A stretch of 62,676 nucleotides of DNA, filler included, from Actinomycetota bacterium (GTDB lineage Bacteria > Actinomycetota > Acidimicrobiia > IMCC26256 > VFJJ01), in assembly GCA_009886115.1 (NCBI GenBank). It is 6 parts of 6 records of this genome, joined end to end, with 100 filler letters (N's around TTAATTAATTAA, not from the genome) between each part and the next. Parts side by side here need not be neighbours in the genome. Positions count along the whole stretch, not along the records: positions 32,474 to 53,509 come from VFJJ01000022.1; positions 53,610 to 61,235 come from VFJJ01000195.1; 4 more parts are not named here. One strand, written 5' to 3'. A program made the translations under genes and the position numbers. Position 1 is the stretch's first letter; every line of letters starts with the position of its first letter. Below are positions 47,986 through 56,620 of the stretch, in pieces. The notes under the pieces are model-generated. The model did not search any database and was not told the DNA's origin. It saw nothing but the letters and a program-made list of their open reading frames with translations.

Positions 47986-50325
47986 CTACCCCTTGCCCAG
48001 CGCATCCCGGAGGAAGGCCACCTGGAGGAGCAGCAGGTTCTCGGCCACGACCTCCTGGGGCGTCATGTGCGACACCCCGGCGAGCGGCAGCACCGTGTGG
48101 GGACGTCCCGCCTCGAGCAGGGCCTGCGAGAGCTGCAGCGTGTGGGCCACCACCACGTTGTCGTCGGCCAACCCGTGCACGAGCATCAGCGGCCGGCTCA
48201 GGCGCGCCGCGTCAGTCAGCACCGACGACCGCTCGTAGGGCCCCGCGTCGAGCAGCGGATCGCCGAGATAGCGCTCGGTGTAATGCGTGTCGTAAAGCCG
48301 CCAGTCGGTGACGGGCGCTCCTGCGACCGCGGCGTGGAACACATCGGGCCGACGGATCACCGCCAGCGCCGCCAGATATCCGCCGAAGCTCCAGCCCCGG
48401 ATGGCCACCCGTGAGAGATCGAGACAGGGATGGCGCTCGGCTACCGCGTGCAGCGCGTCGACCTGGTCGTCGAGGACCGGTCCGGCGAGATCGCCGTGCA
48501 CGGCTCGCTCCCAGTCGGTGCCCCGACCGGGCGTTCCCCGGCCGTCGGCCACGATCACCGCGAAGCCCTGATCGGCCAGCCATTGCGACGCCAGGAACGC
48601 CGCCTGCGAATGCACGACCCGCTGGGCGTGGGGGCCGCCATAGGGGTCGAGGAGCACCGGCAGCGATCGCGGCGGACGATCGTCGATGGCGATGCCGTCG
48701 TCGGGAACGAGCAGGGCCGTCGCGGCCGAGTGCGGACCGGTCTTCGAGAACGTGACCCGGGGCGAAACGATCGGCCGTTCGGCGTGCGTGGCGATGATGT
48801 GCACCGGCTCGCCCGCCCGCCCGCCCGAGACCGTCTCGAGCAACTCCTCGATACGCCACACCGCGGTCGTGGAGCGGGCGTCGGTCATCGTGGCCGAGCG
48901 CAGCACGATCGTGTCGCCGCCGACCACCGCCGAGTGCACCCCCGCGACGTTCGTGAGCCTGCGGGCGCCGACACCGTCGACCAGGAACGTGGTTGCCGGA
49001 TCTCCGGTCTCGGATGCCAGGTAGACGATTCGCGGCGACGACGAGACGACCGCCCTGACCTGATGTCCCCGGGGCGAGGCCGGCACCCCGTTCAGGGCGA
49101 GTCGCCTGACGCCGGCATCCTCGATGGTGGTGACGATCCGACCGTCGGTGGCGTAGCGCGGCACCCCGGGCACGATCTCCACCCAGTGGTCGTCGCGCTG
49201 GTCGGCGATGACGGTCGTTGCACCGCTCTTCTCGTCGACGGCGAGCACGAGCATGCGGCGCTGATCGCGTGACTGGACCGCCACCGTGAGGCGATGGCCG
49301 GCGGCCCAGTGCACCTCGACCAGGTAGGGGAAGGCCGTCCGGTCCCACTCGACGGCGATGGGCGCCACGGCCACGGCCACGGCCACGGCCACGGCGGCGG
49401 CGTCGGCGTCGGTGGCGGCGTCGGTGGGGGCATGGTCCCGCGCACCGGCGTCGACGATCCACAACGAGACGTCGGCGTTCGGCGTACCGGCGGCCGGATA
49501 GTGGACGGCCCGCGCCGGCTGCTGCGGTTGGGACGGATCGGCGATGTGCCACACGGCAACGGGCGCTACGTCGACGCGGGTCACGGCCAGTCGGCGCGAG
49601 TCAGGCGCCCACCAGTGGCCCCGGGAACGGCCCATCTCCTCGGCCGCCACGAACTCCGCCTGACCCCAGGTGACTCCCGCCCCCGGAAGGGCGCGACCGC
49701 CACCGCCGCCATTGCCGCCACCGCCGCCATCGCCACCGCCGCCGCCATCGGCGTCATCGGCGGGCTCGGCGGGCTCGGCCGCGACGCAGCGGTCGTGACC
49801 GTCAACGCCGACGACCCGCAACGTACCGTCACGGCAGTACGCGATCGCCGTCGCATCCGGTGACGGTCGAGGGTCGAACACGGGGCCGTCGACGGCGATC
49901 TCCGACACCGGCGAGACACCGGCAGCGACACCAGCGGCGCCTCCAGCGAGGCCCAGATCGGCCCGGAACAGCCGCCCCCCGAGCGCGAACGTGGCCACGG
50001 TCGCAGCCGGGTCGCACGCGAACGAGACGATCCCCGATCCGCCTTCGCGCGCTCGCTCCCGACGGGCCCGTTCCTCGGCGGGCAGGTCGCCCTCGACGCC
50101 AGCGAGGAGCACGCCCGGATCGACAACCAGGCGCTCGACGATCTTCGGCCGGTCGGTCGCGGCCTCGGGGATGTCGAGCACCCACAAGCCGTTGGTTGGA
50201 TCGCTCCCCGATGGAGACCGGACGAACACGACCCGCCAGCCGTCGTTCGACACCTGGACCAGCCGAGGCTCGCCGACCGTGAACCGCTGCGTGCGCGCGT
50301 ACTGGCGAGGAAACGATTCGGTCAT
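47986..50325 (-). CDS. S9 family peptidase (dipeptidyl peptidase IV-like)
   Basis: YGGPHAQ, GWSFGG nucleophile, YDTHYTERYLG, HGLADDNV, SH. Confidence 0.93.
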   Translation of the reverse strand: MTESFPRQYARTQRFTVGEPRLVQVSNDGWRVVFVRSPSGSDPTNGLWVLDIPEAATDRPKIVERLVVDPGVLLAGVEGDLPAEERARRERAREGGSGIVSFACDPAATVATFALGGRLFRADLGLAGGAAGVAAGVSPVSEIAVDGPVFDPRPSPDATAIAYCRDGTLRVVGVDGHDRCVAAEPAEPADDADGGGGGDGGGGGNGGGGGRALPGAGVTWGQAEFVAAEEMGRSRGHWWAPDSRRLAVTRVDVAPVAVWHIADPSQPQQPARAVHYPAAGTPNADVSLWIVDAGARDHAPTDAATDADAAAVAVAVAVAVAPIAVEWDRTAFPYLVEVHWAAGHRLTVAVQSRDQRRMLVLAVDEKSGATTVIADQRDDHWVEIVPGVPRYATDGRIVTTIEDAGVRRLALNGVPASPRGHQVRAVVSSSPRIVYLASETGDPATTFLVDGVGARRLTNVAGVHSAVVGGDTIVLRSATMTDARSTTAVWRIEELLETVSGGRAGEPVHIIATHAERPIVSPRVTFSKTGPHSAATALLVPDDGIAIDDRPPRSLPVLLDPYGGPHAQRVVHSQAAFLASQWLADQGFAVIVADGRGTPGRGTDWERAVHGDLAGPVLDDQVDALHAVAERHPCLDLSRVAIRGWSFGGYLAALAVIRRPDVFHAAVAGAPVTDWRLYDTHYTERYLGDPLLDAGPYERSSVLTDAARLSRPLMLVHGLADDNVVVAHTLQLSQALLEAGRPHTVLPLAGVSHMTPQEVVAENLLLLQVAFLRDALGKG

Positions 50326-50363
50326 GACGGACATGGTGCCACGTGTGCCGCTTCCTGGCATGC

Positions 50364-51056
50364 TCAACCGCGATTCGCGACCTTCTTGGTCCGACGCGGG
50401 CCACCCGGACCGTCGGCCAGACCTCGAAGCTGACTCTCCACGACCTGATCGATCACCTGATCGACAGGAGGCCACGGGAAGCTCTCCATGACGATCATGG
50501 CGGTGACGATGCCGTGCAACGCCGTCCACACGCCGACAGAAACCAGGAACGGGTCGGCGACCCGCGCCGCCCCCACATCCATGGCGTCGCCGACCCGACG
50601 CACCAGCATGGCGAAGGCGTCCATCCCGGGCATCTCGTCGGGCGGAAGGCTGGCGTAGCGCTCGGGGTCGCCTTGCAGCATGAGGATCTTGTACTTCTCG
50701 GGATTCTCGAGGCCGAACTCGATGTACGCCCGGCCCATACGCCGCAGAGCATCGAGCGGATCGGCGGCCGAGCCCGCTGCGGCGTCGATCGTGCTCGCGA
50801 AATGCTCGAAGCCTCGATGGCAGACGGCGTCCATGAGCGAGAACTTGTCGGGGAAGTGCAGGTACAGCGCCGCAGCCGACACCCCGACCCGCTGGGCCAC
50901 AGCCCGCATCGACACGCCGTCCTCGGATCCGACCTCAGACAGCAGTGCCTCGGCGGCGTCGAGCACCTCGTCGCGCAGACGCTCTCCCTCGCCTCGGCGC
51001 GACCGGGTGCGAGACGCGCTCGGGTTCGGGTTCGGGGTGGCGGCGGCGTTCTGCAT
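50364..51056 (-). CDS. TetR/AcrR family regulator
   Basis: VSMRAVAQRVGVSAAALYLHFPDK; C-terminal W..LHG. Confidence 0.93.
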   Translation of the reverse strand: MQNAAATPNPNPSASRTRSRRGEGERLRDEVLDAAEALLSEVGSEDGVSMRAVAQRVGVSAAALYLHFPDKFSLMDAVCHRGFEHFASTIDAAAGSAADPLDALRRMGRAYIEFGLENPEKYKILMLQGDPERYASLPPDEMPGMDAFAMLVRRVGDAMDVGAARVADPFLVSVGVWTALHGIVTAMIVMESFPWPPVDQVIDQVVESQLRGLADGPGGPRRTKKVANRG

Positions 51057-51068
51057 GCGGCTTCGACG

Positions 51069-53354
51069 CTATCGGCTCACCAAGTCGGCCGAGTCCCGTT
51101 CGGCGGCTCCCACCGCAACACCGACAGCGGCCACGTCGACCGGTTCATCGGCCAGGTGCTCGCTCACGCCGTAGCGGTCGTGGAAGCGCCGCAACGGGGC
51201 GGGGGCCCACCAGTTGGCCCGGCCGGCCAGCTTCATGAACGCCGGCACCAGCACTCCACGCACCAATGTGGCGTCGACCACGACGGCCATCGCCAAGCCG
51301 ACACCGAACATCTTGATGAACGAGATGCCCGAGGTCGCGAACGCGGCGAACACGAAGGCCAAGAGGGCACTGGCTGCGGTGACGATACGACCGGTGCGCT
51401 CGAGCCCCAGCCCCACCGAGTGCTCGTTGTCGCCCGTGAGGTCGTACTCCTCCTTGATGCGTGACAGGAGGAACACCTCATAGTCCATCGAGAGGCCGAA
51501 GGCGATGCAGAACATGAGGATCGGGACCGTGGCGTCGAGGCTGCCCGTCGCCGAGAATCCGAGCAGCTCGGAGAGATGGCCATCCTGGAAGACGAACACC
51601 ATGGCGCCAAAGGTCGCCGAGAGCGACAGCAGGTTCATCACCAACGCCTTGATGGGCACGATCACCGAGCCGGTCATCATGAACATCACCACGAACGTGA
51701 CCAAGGCGATGATCGCGACCGCCAGGGGCATGCGCCCGAACAGTGAGCTCTTCGAGTCGACCAGGTCGGCCGACGGACCGGTGACCTCGACGGCGAACGG
51801 CGCCGCCGTGTCGCGCACGTCGTGGGCCAGCTGCTCGCCTTCGTCCGAGAACGGCTCGATGGCGGGGACCACCGAGAGGAAGGTGCCGTCGGGCCCGGCG
51901 AACCGCTGCGAGAGCTCCGTCGGTCCCTGCACCAGGCTGCCGGCGATGTACGAACCCGTCAGCGCGTCGACCCGGGCGACACCGGCCACCGTCGACAACC
52001 GCTGTGCGTAGCTGTCGATCTGCGAGCTGCGCAGTGCCGGATCGCCCGTGCCCTCGGCCACGACCTGCAGCGCCGACGATTCCCTCGAGGTGAAGTTGGT
52101 CCTGAGCTCGTCGTGCACCTGACGGCTCGACGCCGACTCGGGGAGCACCCGATCGTCGGAGAGGGCGAACTCGATGTGGAGGAACGGGCTTCCCAGCACG
52201 AGCAGGACCGCGATCACGGCGGTCGCTGCCGGGATCGGGCGAGCCATCACACCAACGGCGATCCGATGCCAGAACCCCTGTCCGTCGACCGACGCCCGAG
52301 CCTGGGCTCGACCCGTGCGCCGACGGCCGATCCGGCCCTTGTCGACCCTCGGGCCGAGGATCGACAGCAGTGCGGGCAGTACGACGAGCGCCCCCAGGGC
52401 GGCCAGTGCGACGACCGCGATCCCCGAGTACGCGAACGAGCGCAGGAACACGAGGGGGAACACCAGCAGAGCCGACAACGAGATGGCGACGGTCGCCGCG
52501 CTGAAGATGATCGTCTTGCCGGCCGTCTGCATCGTGCGCCGCAACGCCTGGTCGTTGGAGCGGCCCTCGGCGAGCTCCTCGCGATATCGCGAGACGATGA
52601 ACAGGCTGTAGTCGATCGCCAGGCCCAGGCCCAGCGCGGTGGTCAGGTTGAGCGCGTACACCGAGACGTCCATGAACGAGGTGAGGACCCGCAGGGTCGC
52701 GAACGTGCCCAGCACCGCCATGATGCCCACGGCCAACGGCAGCGACGCCGCGACCACCGAGCCGAAGATCAGGATCAGCAGGATGATCGTGATGGGCAGC
52801 GTGATCAGCTCGGCCCGGGTGAGGTCGGCCTCGATGGTCTCGCCCACCTCCCGGAAGATCTCGGCCAGCCCACCCACGCGCACCGAGACCGTGCCGTCGG
52901 ATCGGGTGTACCGGGGTGAGAGCTCGGTCACGAGCTCGTCGACGGCGTCGTCGTCGCCCTCGATGGCTGCGAGCACCAGCGCCTGGTGACCCGCCGTGCT
53001 GCGAAGCGGTGGCGCGTCGCCCTGGTTCCAGTAGGAGACGACCTGCACGACGCCGGCCTCACGGGCCAGCTCCTCACCCAGGGCCAGCCCGGCGGCGCGC
53101 ACCTCGGGATCGTCCACGGTCGAACCCTCCGGAGCGGTCACGAGCAGCAGCAGCTTCGGATCGAGGGCTCCGAACTCGTCCTCGAGCACCTGCCGAGCCT
53201 GATACGACTCCGATGCCGGATCGTCGAAGCCGCCGCTCGTGAGGTGATCGGCCACTCCCCCGCCGAACGCCCCGGCCAGCACCAGCCCGAAGACCGCAGT
53301 CACCACGATCGACCGGCGGCGGCGGATGATCCACCGCGACAACGCTTCCATCAT
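51069..53354 (-). CDS. MMPL family transporter
   Basis: GLAIDYSLFIVSRYREEL and GLSMDYEVFLLSRIKE. Confidence 0.95.
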   Translation of the reverse strand: MMEALSRWIIRRRRSIVVTAVFGLVLAGAFGGGVADHLTSGGFDDPASESYQARQVLEDEFGALDPKLLLLVTAPEGSTVDDPEVRAAGLALGEELAREAGVVQVVSYWNQGDAPPLRSTAGHQALVLAAIEGDDDAVDELVTELSPRYTRSDGTVSVRVGGLAEIFREVGETIEADLTRAELITLPITIILLILIFGSVVAASLPLAVGIMAVLGTFATLRVLTSFMDVSVYALNLTTALGLGLAIDYSLFIVSRYREELAEGRSNDQALRRTMQTAGKTIIFSAATVAISLSALLVFPLVFLRSFAYSGIAVVALAALGALVVLPALLSILGPRVDKGRIGRRRTGRAQARASVDGQGFWHRIAVGVMARPIPAATAVIAVLLVLGSPFLHIEFALSDDRVLPESASSRQVHDELRTNFTSRESSALQVVAEGTGDPALRSSQIDSYAQRLSTVAGVARVDALTGSYIAGSLVQGPTELSQRFAGPDGTFLSVVPAIEPFSDEGEQLAHDVRDTAAPFAVEVTGPSADLVDSKSSLFGRMPLAVAIIALVTFVVMFMMTGSVIVPIKALVMNLLSLSATFGAMVFVFQDGHLSELLGFSATGSLDATVPILMFCIAFGLSMDYEVFLLSRIKEEYDLTGDNEHSVGLGLERTGRIVTAASALLAFVFAAFATSGISFIKMFGVGLAMAVVVDATLVRGVLVPAFMKLAGRANWWAPAPLRRFHDRYGVSEHLADEPVDVAAVGVAVGAAERDSADLVSR

Positions 53355-53399
53355 GATCAGGACCCCGCGTCTCTCGAGCAGTCGTGTGCGTGCTCGCTC

Positions 53400-53458
53400 A
53401 GTGAACGACGTTCAGTGAACGCCGTTCACTTTGTACGTCGAGATGGGCTCACTGTCAA
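53400..53458 (-). promoter_or_regulatory. Tandem palindromic TetR-type operators and promoter of mmpL-tetR
   Basis: TGAACG-A-CGTTCA followed by AGTGAACG-C-CGTTCACT; TTGACA on the minus strand at 53458-53453. Confidence 0.7.
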
Positions 53459-53609
53459 CGTGGCGTGTGCCACACGGCCTCGACGCCCGAGCACCCACGA
53501 GATCGGCAGNNNNNNNNNNNNNNNNNNNNNNNNNNNNNNNNNNNNNNNNNNNNTTAATTAATTAANNNNNNNNNNNNNNNNNNNNNNNNNNNNNNNNNNN
53601 NNNNNNNNN

Positions 53610-53953
53610 GCCGCCTGTTCATGTGGCATCTGGCCGAGGAGGTCGAGCACAAGAACGTGGCGTTCGACGTGTTCGAGGCGACCGACGGATCCCGCCGCCG
53701 CTACACGCTGGCCATGCTGATGTCCTTGGCGCTGCTGGGATTCTTCACCGCGACCACCACGTTCGTGATGCTCTGGCGCGACCGGAGACTCTGGAACCCG
53801 CTCACGTACGTCCGCCTGATCGGCCTGGCCGTCAGCGCGACGTTCGACGTGCTCCCCGACGTGTTCCTCTCGTGCTTACCGGGCCATCACCCATCGCAAA
53901 TGAGCGATCCGACCGCCTACCGCGCTTGGCTCCTCACCAACCACACCGTGTAG
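53610..53953 (+). CDS. Predicted metal-dependent hydrolase, 3' fragment
   Basis: WHLAEEVEHKNVAFDV...PGHHP. Confidence 0.85.
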
Positions 53954-54104
53954 GGCGCGCCCGGATTGGCTTGACGACCGACCACTCGTGGGGCGTCCGC
54001 CAGAACGTCGGCGCCCCCGTCCCCGACCTGATCCACAGCCCGCCGAGCATCCCGGCGGCGGCGCTCGCTGGGCGCGCCGGCACCGGCACCACCCCCCGGG
54101 CGCG

Positions 54105-54263
54105 ATGAAGTGGTCGACGATGCTCTTCCAGCGTCCCGACGGCACGTGCTACGAGACCCGGACGCGCCACGTCCTCCGCGGCGAGTTTCGCCAGATCATG
54201 GCCAACGGCGCCGAGCGCGTGTTCGAGGTCGAGACGGCGGCGTCGCTCGGCTCAGCCGGCTGA
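54105..54263 (+). CDS. Small hypothetical protein
   Basis: 52-aa ORF with strong GC3 bias. Confidence 0.35.
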   Translation: MKWSTMLFQRPDGTCYETRTRHVLRGEFRQIMANGAERVFEVETAASLGSAG

Positions 54264-54301
54264 GCAGAGACCGGTCCCGTTCTGCCACGGTCGGCCGTTC
54301 G

Positions 54302-54769
54302 TCACGACCAATCGCCGGCGTGCACGTCGGCATAGAGAATCATCGGGAACTCTTCGCGGATGAGGTATGTGAAGCCCGGACCTTCCAGACGGTACCGACG
54401 CCAGAACGTCCCGGCACCCCGACCCACGTCTTCGAGCTCGAAGCTCGTACGGGCCTCGAGCGAGGCGACGATCTGACCCAACCCCATGGCCTGGGTCTCG
54501 ACCAGCGAACGAACGTGTGGATCGTCGACCGTGATGTCGGTGACCGCGCGGACCACGACCATCCCCAGGGTCTCGCACACGAGGTTCACCGCCCGTCGAA
54601 TCACTGCGCCCTGGGGGCCCTGCGAGAGCACGGCCACCGTTACGGGATGGCCGAAGTAGGCCGAGAGCGTGCTCTGAAGCGTGCCCGGAACGGCAAGAAG
54701 CAACCGGCGCAGCGGACTGAAGCCCGCGAGCTTCTCCAGCATCTGCGCCTGGTCGGTGATCTCGGCCAT
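54302..54769 (-). CDS. Chorismate pyruvate-lyase-like protein (UbiC/DUF98 fold)
   Basis: RLLLAVPGTLQSTLSAYFGHPVTVAVLSQ, IRRAVNL, GLGQIV, WRRYRL, LIREEFP. Confidence 0.65.
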   Translation of the reverse strand: MAEITDQAQMLEKLAGFSPLRRLLLAVPGTLQSTLSAYFGHPVTVAVLSQGPQGAVIRRAVNLVCETLGMVVVRAVTDITVDDPHVRSLVETQAMGLGQIVASLEARTSFELEDVGRGAGTFWRRYRLEGPGFTYLIREEFPMILYADVHAGDWS

Positions 54770-54851
54770 GACAACCCGCCTCTCTTCGAGCGAGGCCGGG
54801 CCGTCGCTCCTGGTCGTGCTGCGCCGTCGAATAGCGGCCCGTCGCTCTCGG

Positions 54852-56375
54852 TCAGGCGTCTGTCGAGCTCGACACCTTCGTCGGGGCTGACTCGACGAGA
54901 TACTTGCGGAGGATCTTCCCCAACGGGCTCCTGGGGATCTCGTCCCGGAACTCGATGGTGCGGGGAACCTTGAACTCGGCCAGGTGGAGGCGACACCATG
55001 CGACGAGCTCCTTGCGGTCGCACGATCCGTTCGCTACGACCACCGCCTTGACCGTCTCGGAGCCGTGGACCCCGGGCACACCCACCACCACAACCTCCCG
55101 TACAGCAGGGTGCCGGGCCAGTGCCGCCTCCACCTCGAAGGGGTCGACCTTCAAGCCGTTGGTGGCGATGAAGAGCTTACGTCGTCCTGTCACGAACAGG
55201 TTGCCGGTCGCGTCGAGGTGGCCGAGGTCACCGCTGAGGAAGCGACCGTCGCAGAACGACTCGTCGGATGCCTCGGCGAGGCCGTCGTACCTGCCGGCCA
55301 TGGCCGGGCTCGTGATGGCGATCTCACCGGTCTCACCCGGCGAGAGGGAGCGGCCGTCTACACCGACCACCTCGATCTCGATCGTGCCGAGCGGACGACC
55401 GACCGATTCTGCCGTGGCCGTCGGATCCTCGGCGAGATTCGCGGTCACCGAACCAGCCTCGGTGCACCCGTAGAGATTGCGGACGGGAACTCCGTAGCGA
55501 TCGTTGAAGGCGTCGTAAATCGAGCGAGACATCGGGGCTCCGGCCGAGAAGCACCAACGGAGCCTCCCGATGTCGGCGCCAGCCGAGCTGGGCAGACCGG
55601 CCAGCATCTCGACCATAAACGGAACGGCCGGAAAGGTCGTGACGCCTTCGTCGCAGATGAGCTCGAGCGTGGCGCGACGCCGGAACTCTGGAGCCACCAC
55701 CAAAGCGGCGCCCGATCGAAGGCTCGCGAGCAACCCGTTGCCGTAACCGTGTGCATGAAACAGCGGCACCACGGCCAAAATGACGTCATCGGGGAGGAGA
55801 CCCACCGACGAGTCGAAGCCCACTGCCTCGGCGACCAGATGGCGTTGGAGGCGTGTCACCCGCTTGGGAGTTCCGGTCGAGCCGGAGGAATAGCCGTAGA
55901 GAACCGGTCGCTCAGCCAGAGAACCCACAGCGGGGAGCTCAGCTGCAACCGCTGCCAGACGCGGGCCCGGGCTTGTCACGCAGATGGGCCGAGCCGACGA
56001 TCCTGAACACGCACGTGCCTGGTCGACGGTTGCGCGGCGAGGCTCGTCGAACACCACGACCGAGACGTCGGCATCGCGCAAGTAACTTCCCAGCTCGCTC
56101 GCTGTATACGCCGGGTTGAGTGGTACCGCCACGCATCCCGCACGGGCCGTCGCCAGGAACTGCACGACGAACTCGACCGAGTTGGCCATGACGATGGCGA
56201 CTGCTGCACCCGGGCCAGCGCCCGCGACTGCCAGGGCCCGGGCGCAGGCATCGACCGACTCGGCGAGTTCCTGCCACGAGATCCGTCGCCCGTCCCCGAT
56301 GACCGCAGTCCGTTCCCCCCACCTTTGTTCGCAGTTCTGGAGGAGCCCGGGGATGTCACTGCCTGGCGCCGTCAA
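54852..56375 (-). CDS. ANL-superfamily adenylating ligase
   Basis: YSSGSTGTPK, PLFHAHG, YGCTE, SGDLG, PRSPLGKIL. Confidence 0.92.
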   Translation of the reverse strand: MTAPGSDIPGLLQNCEQRWGERTAVIGDGRRISWQELAESVDACARALAVAGAGPGAAVAIVMANSVEFVVQFLATARAGCVAVPLNPAYTASELGSYLRDADVSVVVFDEPRRATVDQARACSGSSARPICVTSPGPRLAAVAAELPAVGSLAERPVLYGYSSGSTGTPKRVTRLQRHLVAEAVGFDSSVGLLPDDVILAVVPLFHAHGYGNGLLASLRSGAALVVAPEFRRRATLELICDEGVTTFPAVPFMVEMLAGLPSSAGADIGRLRWCFSAGAPMSRSIYDAFNDRYGVPVRNLYGCTEAGSVTANLAEDPTATAESVGRPLGTIEIEVVGVDGRSLSPGETGEIAITSPAMAGRYDGLAEASDESFCDGRFLSGDLGHLDATGNLFVTGRRKLFIATNGLKVDPFEVEAALARHPAVREVVVVGVPGVHGSETVKAVVVANGSCDRKELVAWCRLHLAEFKVPRTIEFRDEIPRSPLGKILRKYLVESAPTKVSSSTDA

Positions 56376-56620
56376 CGGTCCAGCAGCCGGCTCACGTACG
56401 CGACGATGACCGCGACCGTCGCGAAATTCTCCCGTTTGAGGTCATCATCGGGAACCTCGATCTCGAACTCGTCTTCGATGCCGGTGACGAGACGCATGGT
56501 GCCGGCTGAGTCGAGGCCCATCTCATCGAACAATGGCGTGTCGTCGCTGACGTCGTCGACATCGAGCTCGCCAGTCAGAAGCTCGATGACACGACCGCGA
56601 AGTGAGGAAGTATCGTTCAT
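56372..56620 (-). CDS. Acyl carrier protein
   Basis: MGLDSAGTMRLVTGIEDEFEIEVPDDDL; acidic 82 aa; 4-nt overlaps with both neighbours. Confidence 0.92.
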   Translation of the reverse strand: MNDTSSLRGRVIELLTGELDVDDVSDDTPLFDEMGLDSAGTMRLVTGIEDEFEIEVPDDDLKRENFATVAVIVAYVSRLLDR

